A program made the position numbers and the translations under genes. 64,000 bases of DNA from contig CM120647.1 of assembly GCA_051362555.1 (NCBI GenBank), positions 9,362,001 through 9,426,000 of the forward strand, in the 5' to 3' direction. The notes under the pieces are model-generated. The model saw nothing but the letters and a program-made list of their open reading frames with translations, did not search any database and had not been told where the DNA came from. This document shows positions 13,408 through 25,401 of the stretch, piece by piece (the stretch's first letter is position 1; each line of letters opens with the position of its first letter). Origin of the DNA: Lingula anatina (Eukaryota > Animalia > Brachiopoda).

Positions 13408-14691
13408 AACAATTTATCAGTCCTTTAGGACCTGTTGACTTGAGGAAAATTGCGTTTCCAAGGAGACTTGTTGAATTCAAGTTTGATGACATTTTCCAGC
13501 AATATAGTTCAATGGAACAATAACCACGCGTTATCACAAAGGAATTCGTGTTACGAGAAGAAGACGATTACTTTGCCATGTTGATCAGGCCAACATTGAT
13601 GGCTTTTGCCAGTATACGTCCAATAGCCACGTACTATTTTGAAGGGACTTGTTTGTTGAAGGAAGGTTAGATTGATCTAATTATTGGTAAGACCTTCAAA
13701 GATTGAACTGAAAGACAGTGGACTTTCTGCAAATGGTTTCGCAGAGGTCAAATTCGAAACCATAGAAGTGAATTTTGTATCAAGATATTTGCAATGCTTC
13801 AGTTGGGTTTCTTGTTCTAAACTATTCAGAAAGTAATGTTTTACCCGATGTTATTCTTTAACAGACAACCCAGGCCAGCAAGACCGAAAATGTTATTTGT
13901 ATGACAATTGATAAAATGCCCTTTCATTATAAAATATATAAAAGTTGTTCTCTAAAATTTATAGAAACAATTACTGAAACTAAGCTTAGAAATGTAGAGG
14001 GTTAAGAAAAAAAAAACGTTTAATTTGTGTTGCAGATTTGAACAGTGGCCATGTGTTTCGCAGCTTCGTGAATAATAATAATGGCATTCCGTGGTGCCCG
14101 TGATTTTGCTATTTGCATATCTTGCCGGACTATTTCTGTCGGCAGTCATTAAAAACTTAATAGATATTTATACGTAGGTAGATATTCTAGTGGACCAAAG
14201 ACAAAAATGTTATAAAAAGTTAATCAGAGCATGTAATTCTAAGTAGTGCCAATGAAATTGAAATCATTTTGTTTTCTATGAAGTATACAAATGTTACCTC
14301 TGATTTTAAAAAAAATTTTGTTTTTGATTTATCGTTGTTTTTATTGGTAGATTATTTTAGATATTGTACAAACATTGATTTGTTCCTGTGGACGTCCTGT
14401 TCTTGGAATATCTCTTATTATACAACAGTGAGGTAATCAGTTATGAACGCCTTTATTTTATTACTTATGATAATAATTAATAAATTTAACATAAACTTAC
14501 GTTAGATCGTCTTCTTAAGACGTTGAAAGACTGACCAGCGTTTCACGGCTGTGGAATTTTGTTGATATATAAGAGATACTTTTTTAGAGGGGAACGTGAC
14601 GTTACGATAGAGCCATCCGCCGCATAAATACTTAAAATGTTTTATTTGACTTTATGTCTATCGGGCAGACGTCCCTTTACTTATCTGTTGT

Positions 14692-14697
14692 AATAAA
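14692..14697 (+). terminator. Candidate polyadenylation signal of the GATA gene
   Basis: AATAAA about 1.3 kb after the stop codon, followed by a T-rich tract. Confidence 0.4.
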
Positions 14698-16030
14698 TAT
14701 ATATTAAACTTTTGATAGATTTTTCTCATTGGTTTTTGAACGAAAAGAATGTCTTTATGATTAATGATTAATTATCCCGATGAAATCAATTTTTTTTAAA
14801 TATCAAATAGCCTCACACATAATTCGGTACCGTGAGGGGAAAAAAAGGGGCATTGCGTCACAGCCGATGATTATCCAACGATTCTTTGGAGTATAACAAA
14901 GACTGCAGAAGTACAGAAAGACGCATATTATTGCGTACAAGTTTTCTCCCCTAAAATAACCAATTTATGTTAAGATTTCTCTTAAGATTTCATGTAACCT
15001 ATCTTTAACTGTTCCCGTTTTTTTTTAATTTCCTGATTTCGCGGCTAACACTTTGCACTTGCGATTTTCTGTCGTCATGTATTGTGTGATTGCTATGAAT
15101 TTTGCAACACTGCACGCTACTGACTGCATTGTGAGATCCATCCAACTTCCGCACGTGGGAGTACGAAATTAGGCGATAAAAAAAAATCTACATTTTATAT
15201 AGGCCTACTAGAAGTCGAACCCCCGATCGTTTTAATATTGAGGGGTGCCTTTGTAAAGGCGTGTGCGGAGTTACCATGAACTCGCATAACAGAATAAACA
15301 TGATATAAAAATTAGGACCGCAAATAACTCGATGGTAACCCTATCATATTACGGTGTGATGTTTAAGCACCGATATCGAGGGCAAGTTCGGAATGTTTTT
15401 TCTCTTTCCTTATCGGTATTCACAGAAGAGCTGATCTACATCTATAATAGTAAACATTGACGCACGTGCTGTATGTTAATGAGCATATGTCTTCTTCGTG
15501 AATCCTGAAAAGTAGGACCCAGAGGACTAATTCCTAATAAGATATAGATAACACTGAGGACTAGGAAGTTAATTTTATGGTGTTACATTTTATTTTGGCA
15601 AAATAAATTCTTAGACGCCCACGATACATTAAATTACTCTTCTTTCCATAAGGTTCACGAGTCGATATAATCTAACAGTATTCACATTGATCATGTCCCT
15701 GATCTATTTGAACGGGTAATAGGCAAATTATACACAAACGTGTTTGGCGATTTTACCAAAAATAGAATTTATATAAACGTGTAAAGACGACTTTTCGTTA
15801 TGGCAGACATTTCGAGTTTTTTTTTCAAAATGGTTTTAACTTGCTGCCGCTCGCTCATGGCCATGACTGCGGGGAGCCAGTACTTTACTTTTAAATTGAG
15901 TGCGAGCGTTCTTATTTTTTACTTGTTTCCGTTTAACAAATACGCACTAGCCTAAGCTTTCCAACTTAATCTCCGTAACGCTCGTCCACGCAAACAGTTT
16001 TGTTAGTGTCTGTTTGGACCGACAGTAGAA

Positions 16031-17371
16031 ATGATGTTTCAACTCGTCTGCTTCTCTTTGCTGGCTTACTCGGCGGTCGCGGAGGTAACAAATTATTTGA
16101 TTGATTTCATCGGCATAATTAATCATGTTCAAAACCGTTTTGTTCAATTATTTAGTAACTAACCTTTTCAATGAATAAGCTGAGAAAGAAAAATATCATA
16201 AAATATTTAAAATGGATATGCGCACGATTTTAAAATAGAATATTATCAAAATAACAGTTGTTTTTATCTGATAAACGTTATACTATCGACAAACAGATCC
16301 ATCATCTTGAGATAAAACGTTGTGTTTAAGGACTTGCGTACTCAAGACGATGCTTTTCTTTAAACGACAGCGCTTGTTGAATAGCATGAAAAAGTCTGAA
16401 AATATAAACAGACATATATCTGGCGTTGCTTCAGGTAGAGCTTCGTGCAACTTTCGCCGCACCGAAAGGTAGGTAATATACCAGTTAATCAAAAAAGTTT
16501 TACGCTACAAGAACCTGTCAGCTATCTTTATTGCTGTTTTATCTGTTACAGTATTCTAAATAACAAAATCAATATAGGTATTCAATAAACATATAAATGC
16601 CCTAAATGAATAATTTTTCTTTAAAGTGCGTTATAATTTTGGCTATTCGTACACGACGTAAAAAGGTAATTCTTTCCCTTTACTATAAATGCTTGTCTGA
16701 CATAATAATGTTACCTGAATCAAAATAATACAATATGAAATAGGTTGAATAATAAAATACAGACAGATAGTAAATAACGGTACTCCAGTTGATTTGGAAT
16801 TTATGAATCAAACACCCATTACTATATCGGTACGTAAGCCAAAACTACCATGGAAGCTCTTTGGACAGAGCCATTGAGAATAGCCCCATATGTCTCGTGT
16901 ATTTCAGATGTGGAGCTGACCTTTAGTGACCTGTCCAGCCGAGCGGTCAACAAGAGGATGAACGGGATGGCGCGTGAGTGACAAAATCATATAATAGCCC
17001 ACTGGTTGTTAATATGCTATCTAGAGCTTCTGATAGGGTACCCTGAATTTCCGAGGTCACTTGAAACTCATCACTTTTATCAGATTGAATTTTCCATTGG
17101 CATTTAGTATGTGTATGAATTTCCAGTCACATCTGTACCTCAGGGTATTGATTCACAGCAAACACATAACGTTATTATAATGTTACCATAACGTTACTAA
17201 AATAATAATAATAATAATAATAATAATAACGTTATTGTAACGTTATGATAACGCCCGGTGTTCGCTGGGTAGGCGGGAATATATGAAAATATAAAAATGA
17301 AGAAACAATATGCACTGCGTTAAAACCGCAAGAATTTATTTGTTTATTTATTGATATGTGGTAATACACAA

Positions 17372-17418
<47 letters not shown>

Positions 17419-17673
17419 AATAAAATAAAATAAAATAACTTTTTTTGCATAAAGCAACAGCCCTTGTTATTGCCTTTACTTCATTTCAGCGTGTCAGGAC
17501 CACGATAAAGTCATGGTGTCACTGACAGGTCCCCAGGGCCCCATCATTAAGAATGAGACGTGCCACGAGTTCTTCATGCAGACTGGGATAGCGTTCTGCA
17601 GCCATCTGGAACTTTCCCAGCGCTGCTGTGGCACACATTACAGATACTGTGGTCGTATGTATTAGGGATATGT

Positions 17674-17704
<31 letters not shown>

Positions 17705-19513
17705 GGGGGGGAGTGCGCTTGTCTTATTTTTTAAGTTATTTTTTGAGGGGGCTTATATGATGTGCAGAGGAGAGGGGTAAATATGGGGCATTGAGGGGGT
17801 GGTGGGCGGTTGGGAGGAAATACAAGGTAATGAGGGGGTGCTGAGGGGAGGGGGTGCAGCGTGGGAAACCGAGGCAGGTGGTGCTGAGAGGGTGATGAAA
17901 AGTTATAAGGGGGGGGTGATTGGAGTACTAAGGGGAGTAGGGGTATGGACGATAAGGGTTTGCAAGGGGGTGGAGGGAACAATATGGGGTACTGAGAGGG
18001 AAGGGGGTGATATATAATGTCACAATAGTAGTACTGGGTATACATCTATTACAGCTAATGAATACACACTCAACATAAAAAAAACAATGGAAACATCGTA
18101 ATTCTGAATAATTATAAGTAGCCTAGGTAAATATTTTAACCAAATAATAAACGCAACCACCATTCGTTACTTTTTCATGTACAATGAAGATTTCCCCAGT
18201 ACATTACATATATTTTTTTATTATAGAAAAACAATTACATGTTTCCGGACATTTTGGTCTAGTATGTACCCCGGTATTTGCATACAAATCTTCCAGAGTG
18301 TAACGACATGCCCAATGGCAAGCTGAACGGTATGCCCTGTAAGGACTACTTCCTGAAGACAGGACACCAACACTGTAGGGATTTCCAGGCGGCGGCCGTA
18401 TGTTGCTCCAGCAGAAGGAAAGTGTGCGACAGTAAGTTATGCTAATTAGATGGGTAAAGGTAAAACGGACAACCAAATGACGTTTAAATCTCCATAAAAT
18501 TCAATTTTAAATCAACAAATTCCAAGACTAAAGCGAAAATCACATTACTTATTTATATTTAAATAAACACTGCCAAAATGGTTTTCTTGAACAAGTTCTC
18601 ACGTCCCTTTTCTTTATGAACCTAAAGTTACTCACCCATTCATTCTTACTGGCCCTCATTATTTATTTATTTATTCGCTTATTTAATCTAACTGACTGCT
18701 CATTGTAAAAGTATTTATTTGATTATTTATTTATTCATCATTTCTTAATATATTTATTTAATTATCTTGCAGACTGTTTCGGTGACACTGCCCACGTTCT
18801 TCTTAACAACATGACTTGTGAGATGCTCCTGGAGACCCAGGGACTCACGCTGTGTGATCACCACTTGGTTGTACAACACTGCTGTAGTACCAGGGCGGCT
18901 ATGTGTGGTCAGTGGTGTCCTAGCTTATCCCATTTAATCCTGGCTACTGAACATTATAATATTCATAATACGAGTTTCAATGTTTACCAGAAACTAACCT
19001 CTTACATCGTTTTTTTTTTTTGTCTGCGTGTGTAGAATTTTACTAGATAACAAATTCTGTATAGATATTCAATGAAGATTATGTAAAAACGCATAACGAA
19101 TAATTCCTGTTTAAAAATATGTGAAAATACCATGCGCTTTATTGGTTTTGGCAATTCGTACATGCAGTTAAGAATGGTTCTTTGCCTAATGTTAGTTCTT
19201 CTCTTTGTTTTTGTTTATAAAACGTTTCTTTTATGTTTTTTCTATCAAACGTGCTGAAGAAAAATAAAAGATCTTTCATGCATGCAGAATTACATTCACG
19301 TTCCAGTAATATATTTTTCAATTTGTTATTTTTTCAGAGTGTAATGGAGACAACCCGAAAGCTCAATTCTTCACCAAGGACTCTAAGCTGAAAGACTGCA
19401 CCACCATCTTCCAAACAGACGACTTGGCTAGCGTGTGCGCCGAGCCGACGATCCTGAAATCTTGCTGCGAGTCGTTCAGTAAGAACTGCATTCAGAGCCC
19501 TCTACTGGGATAA
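16031..19513 (+). CDS. Secreted cysteine-rich precursor, 254 aa, four tandem 6-Cys (ShK/PLAC-reminiscent) modules
   Basis: Exons 16031-16084, 16435-16468, 16908-16973, 17490-17654, 18297-18431, 18773-18907, 19338-19513. Signal peptide MMFQLVCFSLLAYSAVA, then a pro-region with KR. Four modules C-x(12-22)-C-x(11-12)-C-x8-CC-x6-C, each on its own phase-1 exon. Ends in TAA. The first two exons are less certain than the last five. Confidence 0.85.
17200..17437. repeat. (TAA)n and (AAAT)n microsatellites
   Basis: (TAA)n at ~17201-17229 and (AAAT)n at ~17371-17437. Confidence 0.9.
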
Positions 19514-19520
19514 ATCCATG

Positions 19521-19539
19521 CAGTGCCCTCTGTTGGCAA
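19521..19539. promoter_or_regulatory. CTCF-like motif
   Basis: CAGTGCCCTCTGTTGGCAA resembles the reverse-complement CTCF consensus TAGCGCCCCCTGGTGGCCA. Confidence 0.45.
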
Positions 19540-20596
19540 AAATTCTGTTCCGCTAGAGGGTGCTTTTTTTGTGCAAGAAGATCCACAACCAAGAACCTGC
19601 TTTTATTTGGCTTAAGCATATTTTCATCAAAAACCACCGTTGTACTGATCCAATAGTAAATTTTGGTACGCTGTATTCCTGTTTTACATTATCACTGGTA
19701 TATCTTAATTTTCTTTGTGAACACTCGGCCGAATGACATATATGCTCATCTTTTAAATCATAGAATGTTGCTCTGTAAAACATTTGGTGTAAATCTCTAG
19801 AAAGATATCAATCAATAAATGCTATTTTTGATAATCATATTATGATTTCATTTTATTCAGCAACATTCAATATAATGAAAAGTTTATTGCAATGTCATTT
19901 TTATAAAAACATGCTATACCGGAATCACAGATGATAAATTTTACTTTTATTAAAACATGCTTTTAAAATCTGCATATTACTTGGTGCCACTTATACTACT
20001 TATACTACTTGTCCTTATACTACTGGGACTACAAGTAGCAATCTACAATACCCATGATAGATAACAATTTGATATTATTAATCTCCTCAAACCAAATTAC
20101 AAAAAAAACTCTTTCTTCATTTTTTAAATGCCACATCACAAGTGACTCCCCATACATGTGATTTTTCTGTTTATACATCCTGAGTAGTTTTTCCTTGTCC
20201 TTTTTCGTAATATACAATCTACTGCTGTATTATATTCTTTTTTGATATTGAGAAAACTTCTCATGCTCTCCTCTAATGACCCTGTCCTCTTTATAAAAGC
20301 ATGCCTCTGACTGCTATAATATTAGAAATGATCATGACAGTACAAAGTCTATCCAGTCACCACTGTAGATTATTACCATTCTAAATGACATACCGAGCAG
20401 CTGTCCACAATAAAATTTCTTCTACAACTGAGCTCTCCCTCTCTCTATTCCTAGGCCTCCGATTACAAATTGTCAACTGGATTTTCAATACAGCTTTTTC
20501 TCTCTCTCTCTTTTCCCAATAAAATCTCCAATTAAATAAAGTCAAAATGATCTTTAGCACTTAAATTTCTTTTCAACATCTCCCTAAAATCCGAGA

Positions 20597-23500
20597 TCAC
20601 TCTTTGTCTACGGGGTCCTCATTGTGCGTCCATACCGGATGACGTTTTTGTAGAAAAGCACCAATTCCTTCCTGTCCATCTTTTATTTGAAGATTAGATA
20701 CCATAACATCCTCTGCATGCCTGGAAATATATATAAGTATATACACTTGACCAAAAAAGTTTGGAAACATGAAATTATTTTTCAATAATTAAAGAACTAT
20801 GTAATGTAGTGGGAAAATCTTCAGTGCAGGTAAAAAAACTGGTGAGTGCATTTTCCATCAAGATTTGGTTAAACTGTTTACTTCAGCTCATATGGTGATT
20901 TTGTAATTATTCAAAATAACGATGTTTTTCTCAACTTTTTTTGGGTCAGATAAATATACTCAAGGTTAAAACTTAAGTCAACCTTCCTCCTGGGCATTCT
21001 AATGCCACAAAGTATTCCAAAATTTCTATTTCTTTCTTTTTCTCCAATTTAACATGGATTAAAGAAATAATTGGAATTCCTCAAAAATAATTTGTTATTC
21101 TAAGGTGCAAAAAAACTCTCACCTGTATGCAGTGTTGCGATCCCACATAATCTGGTTGTAGAAACAAGCCTTTCCAATGGCCGTCACTGACCGACTCGTA
21201 TCACAGATCTTTCTAGCAATTTTCAAAGTCTGAAACACAATTTTTTGAGAATTTCAAATAAAATCTATTTTCTAAATAATATAGGTCAGACTGAGAACAC
21301 CTTAACTAAAATTGAAAAATTCAGTCTACATGTACCATGACAAGGGATGAGGCAATAAATGGCTGTCTATGAGAACAGAACCGTACTGTAGCTAGGAATT
21401 TCAAAGGGGGGGGGGGGGTCTTTTTGTGAAAAAGAAAACATGGACCTTCTTTGCCATAATGGCACAGAAAACAGATCAAATAATAATCCAGAAAATGAAC
21501 TTTTTTATAGCCAAAACTGCAGTTCATTAGATAACTTAAAGTTAGTCTCGGACACTAGACTAAAACAGCCTTTTGACTAAAGCCATTTTTATGCCTTGCC
21601 AAAAAGGTCAAAGATTTTTATTTATGAAGACTACCACTCACATTTGTGGAATCAAAATAGACAAAAATATTATTGTAAGTTCTTAAAGTGAATACAAACT
21701 TATGAAGATTTATATTTGAGAAACAAAAATCCACAAAACTTCAGAGGCACTTGTATAAATGGAAAAAACATCACTCACCTCTTCTTCCACCTTATCCTCA
21801 GGGACCACCTTGCTTACCAGCCCCGCCCTGAATGCCTCTGATGCACTTATTGGGAACCCAGTTAGTAACATCTCCATGGCAACCTTCCTGGGGACAGCTC
21901 TGGCCAAAGCGACACCTGGTGTTGAACAGAACAACCCAATGTTTACCCTGCAAAGAGATAAAGAGTTTCATCATTAAGTTCATCAATGATTAGACAGTAA
22001 TTCTCTAATATCTGTTATCTCAAAGTCTTATATAGTTTATTATTCTAGTGTAACGAAAGCTTCACAGGGACATGGACCATTTTTAGGGTTTGTACCACCA
22101 GCTAAATGTCTGGATTTAAATACTATTGTTTTGGGGTAGAAAGGAGAGGGTGCAATCTTTTATCTTTCCACAGTCTTCCAACATGGATTATAAAATATAA
22201 TCAACCATTGTACCAATAGTACACATCACTTACTAAAAATTTTGCCTGACTTTCAGTGGTCTCAAATGACCACACAAAATCAAAAGAAAAATAATCTTAC
22301 CCTGGTGTTGCAAATCTTGCTGTCTCTGCTGCTATAGCCACATCACAACTTGCCACTAGTTGACAGCCAGCTGCTGTCGCCAACCCTCTCACTTCTGCCA
22401 TCACTGGGACTGGAATGTCCTGGAGAAAGAAAAGAAAGGAGGATGGAAAAAAAACACGATCAGAGAGGTGTGGTCACTTCATGGAGCAGCAGTTGTGGCC
22501 AACCCTCTCACTTCTGCCATCACTGGGACTGGAATATCCTGGCAAAAGAAAATAGAGGAGGATGGAAAATTTAACCATGATCAGAGAGGTGTTGTCAACT
22601 CATGGGTAGGTACCACCAGCTGCTGTTGCCAACCCTCTCACTTCTGCCATCACTGGGACTGGGATATCCTAGAGAAAGAAAAATAAGGGAAGATGGAAAA
22701 TATATACGATGATTAGAGAGGTGTGGTCACCTCATGGGTATTAGTCCATGAGCCAGACGCCTGATTTTCATATTTGTACACTAGAGACATAGGCCTTACT
22801 AAAAATCACTATCAGAATTCATCCCTTTTTTGGTATGGAAAAAGTGTCTGGCTCATGGACTATATGTACCACCAGCAGTTGTGGCCAACCCTCTCATTTG
22901 TGCCATCACTGAGATGTCCTAAAGAAAAGTTAAAAGACGGTAAGAGTGGTTTGGATACCTTCCGTGTATGTGCCACCAACTGAGCAGGAGATAAGTATGG
23001 GGAAATATTACTCAGCTGCTGAGGCCTTTTCTGATATCAATGATACCATTATATTTGGCTAAAAGAGGCTTTTTCTTGCTACCCTTCACCCTAAAGTAGG
23101 TTTTGGCCAAATCTTCATAACTCTTCATCTCTCAAATTCCTAAGATCATATGGCACTCTTCTTTCATTAATAAATTGTGCATTATAACCCAAAGACAAGC
23201 TAAAAATCTTAAGTTATAACTGTGTACTATCAATCCATACCTGTACTAGTGTCATGACCTCTGTACATCTTCTGAAGACTTTCTTATGGTACTCATGGCC
23301 TGTGGCTGATGTCTGGAAGAATATCATTACATAGCCCTATAAAGATACACCATATTTACAGCACTGAAAACTTTTTGTGTTTGAGAGAAACACTGTGGTA
23401 TGAAGCAACTATAGATGAGATGGCAACAAGTTTTGTTTGGATGGAACAATTTTTTTACATGAGTAATACGAGTACATCAGTCGGTGGAGTAAACTTTATT

Positions 23501-24811
23501 ATTATTATTTTTTAAAATTTAAACACAAATCTCTCTTTTAACGCTGTGATGGAAATTCAAATATGTGACACATGGTAAAAAATGGAAATGATGAAGCTAA
23601 CATTGGACCATAGTCAGCAAAGGAAGATATAAAAAGTTTATTGTCTTTTCTGGGAAGAAAATTAATTTTCAAAACGGCTCACTAGCTCTGATAAATCATG
23701 TCCTGAGGAGAAGGCCGGACCTTCTGATGTCAGGATCAGGACTCGGACATTTTCATCCTCTCCTCCCTCCATCAGCTCCTGTTTCAGACAATCCAGCATG
23801 GCCAGAGACAGTGCATTTCTGGATACATATTCAAATATTTTAAATATTTTGAGCGATAAATGATATATAAAATGAGCAATTTTTGGCACAATTAATGCAG
23901 CACTCAATACAAAGAGTATGTATTCTTAAAAATACATGAATATTATCGATTCTTGATTCATTCTATGCAATGAATTATTGCATTATTCCATGCAATTTCT
24001 ACACATTTTACCTAAAAACTTCATTCTTCACAATCGACTCACTACACAGACTGAATAACTTGTATAACCCTCAATTTCACCTTTTTCTTTCATTATTAAA
24101 CTTCAGCCATCTTATTCCTCCGTCATTCCTTCTAAGCACCAATGGCGCCCCCTCTGCTTGCACCTGTGTTGTTAGTGTTCTTTTCATAAGTGACTTGGAC
24201 AAGTTGATTCGTGTCGAGGAAGAGAGACTTCTGTCTGTCGTAAGATATCTGGTAGCACAATGCAGCCTTGCAGGCATGACTGCTTGCTGTTGTATGGCCC
24301 TGCAAACCTGGAGAATTAACATTTTGACACATTAAAATGTTGAAAAATTCAAAGTTGAGTCTGATAAAAATAGATGATACATGTACAACTGTACCGGTAC
24401 ATGTAAATTTACAGTATGACATTTATAGAGTCAAATCTACCCCAAAAGGGTATACATGGAAATGAAGATGATACATGTTAACTGCTTTAGCTCCCCACCG
24501 CCTAAAGGCTTAACACAGGTGATTGTCGAGGACGGGGGAGGGGGGGGGGGGCGGGGAGTTGGAAGGTACGGGGGGGGGGGGGGGGGTCGCCGGTTGGCCC
24601 ACCAATTTACTGTTTAGAGTTCGACATTTACCTTGGGCAATAAAAATAATAAGCAAGCCCACATTTATTCAAATAGCACACCAAACTGATCTTAAAAACT
24701 GAATTAATGTACATAATTAAAATCAGATAAATCTAAACTTTGTTTTACCGTGTGTTTATGAAACAAAACCGCAGGGCTTACCGCGGTCAGAGTTCTTCGC
24801 ATGCTGGCCAT
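20597..24811 (-). CDS. ECHDC3: Enoyl-CoA hydratase domain-containing protein 3, mitochondrial (327 aa, 8 exons)
   Basis: Exons (-) 24782-24811, 24081-24307, 23683-23818, 23241-23312, 22301-22419, 21779-21947, 21123-21229, 20597-20720, all phase-consistent. Motifs [97 protein letters not shown]. Arg/Ser-rich N-terminus resembling a transit peptide. Confidence 0.95.
22365..22935 (-). repeat. Tandem ~120-130 bp duplications containing the ECHDC3 exon-5 acceptor and first ~17 codons
   Basis: GCCAACCCTCTCACTTCTGCCATCACTGGGACTGG recurs four times. Acceptor AGs (CT on +) at 22420 (true), 22539, 22669 and 22919. Confidence 0.92.
22744..22860. mobile_element. Short MITE inserted into the tandem array
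   Basis: TA-GTCCATGAGCCAGAC...GTCTGGCTCATGGAC-TA perfect inverted termini. The insertion accounts for the extra ~120 bp in the last repeat unit. Confidence 0.75.
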
Positions 24812-25401
24812 GTTTATATCACGTGACCTATTGGTAATGTGAAACGCACGTCAAAAGCTGTAATTTATCCCAACACCTCTGTCCACTTTAGTTGATGATA
24901 TCATCTTTAAATTTTACGTATTATCTGGATAAAGTAACAAGAATAATATAATGAGTGTACAGTTTGATTTGACAAAGTAATGTAACTAATAACGACTTAT
25001 GGTGCCCCTTGCGTTTGGTGTTGTTAAATATGCTCGAGGTAACATTTAGGGAGAAACATATATTAATAACTCAAATACCTTTTAATCATCAAAAATGAAG
25101 TCAGCATGTCCATAAATTATCGGACACCTACATGGGACAAATAAAAATATATTTTGGTCGTATTTAGAAAAACAACTCACATTTTTTATTAAAATTTTGA
25201 CTGAAATAAAATGCCTTCGTCTTCTCCCCAAGAAGTCAATTGTCGCTGTCTAACAACAGCAACCAAATGTTTGGCTGTTTTATTGAAGCGATTCGAGCAC
25301 GCTCTAATAACCTCTAAGGTTGATACGAGTACATACAACTTTATAAATGTGACAGTTCGCAAAAAAGGCTGATTAAGAGACGCACAGAAAAAAATAAGAA
25401 G
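24812..25401. promoter_or_regulatory. Bidirectional promoter region between ECHDC3 and the membrane-protein gene
   Basis: Divergent ATGs 590 bp apart. TCACGTGAC E-box (24819-24827) next to ATTGG (CCAAT on -, 24830-24834). Confidence 0.6.

Noticed and set aside
15077-15130. Alternative signal-peptide exon (MYCVIAMNFATL...) for the Cys-rich gene
   Set aside because: Weak hydrophobic core. The exon at 16031 gives a better signal peptide.
22365-22935. CRISPR-like regularly spaced direct repeats
   Set aside because: The repeat is ECHDC3 exon sequence, the 'spacers' are similar to each other, the context is eukaryotic and there are no cas genes.
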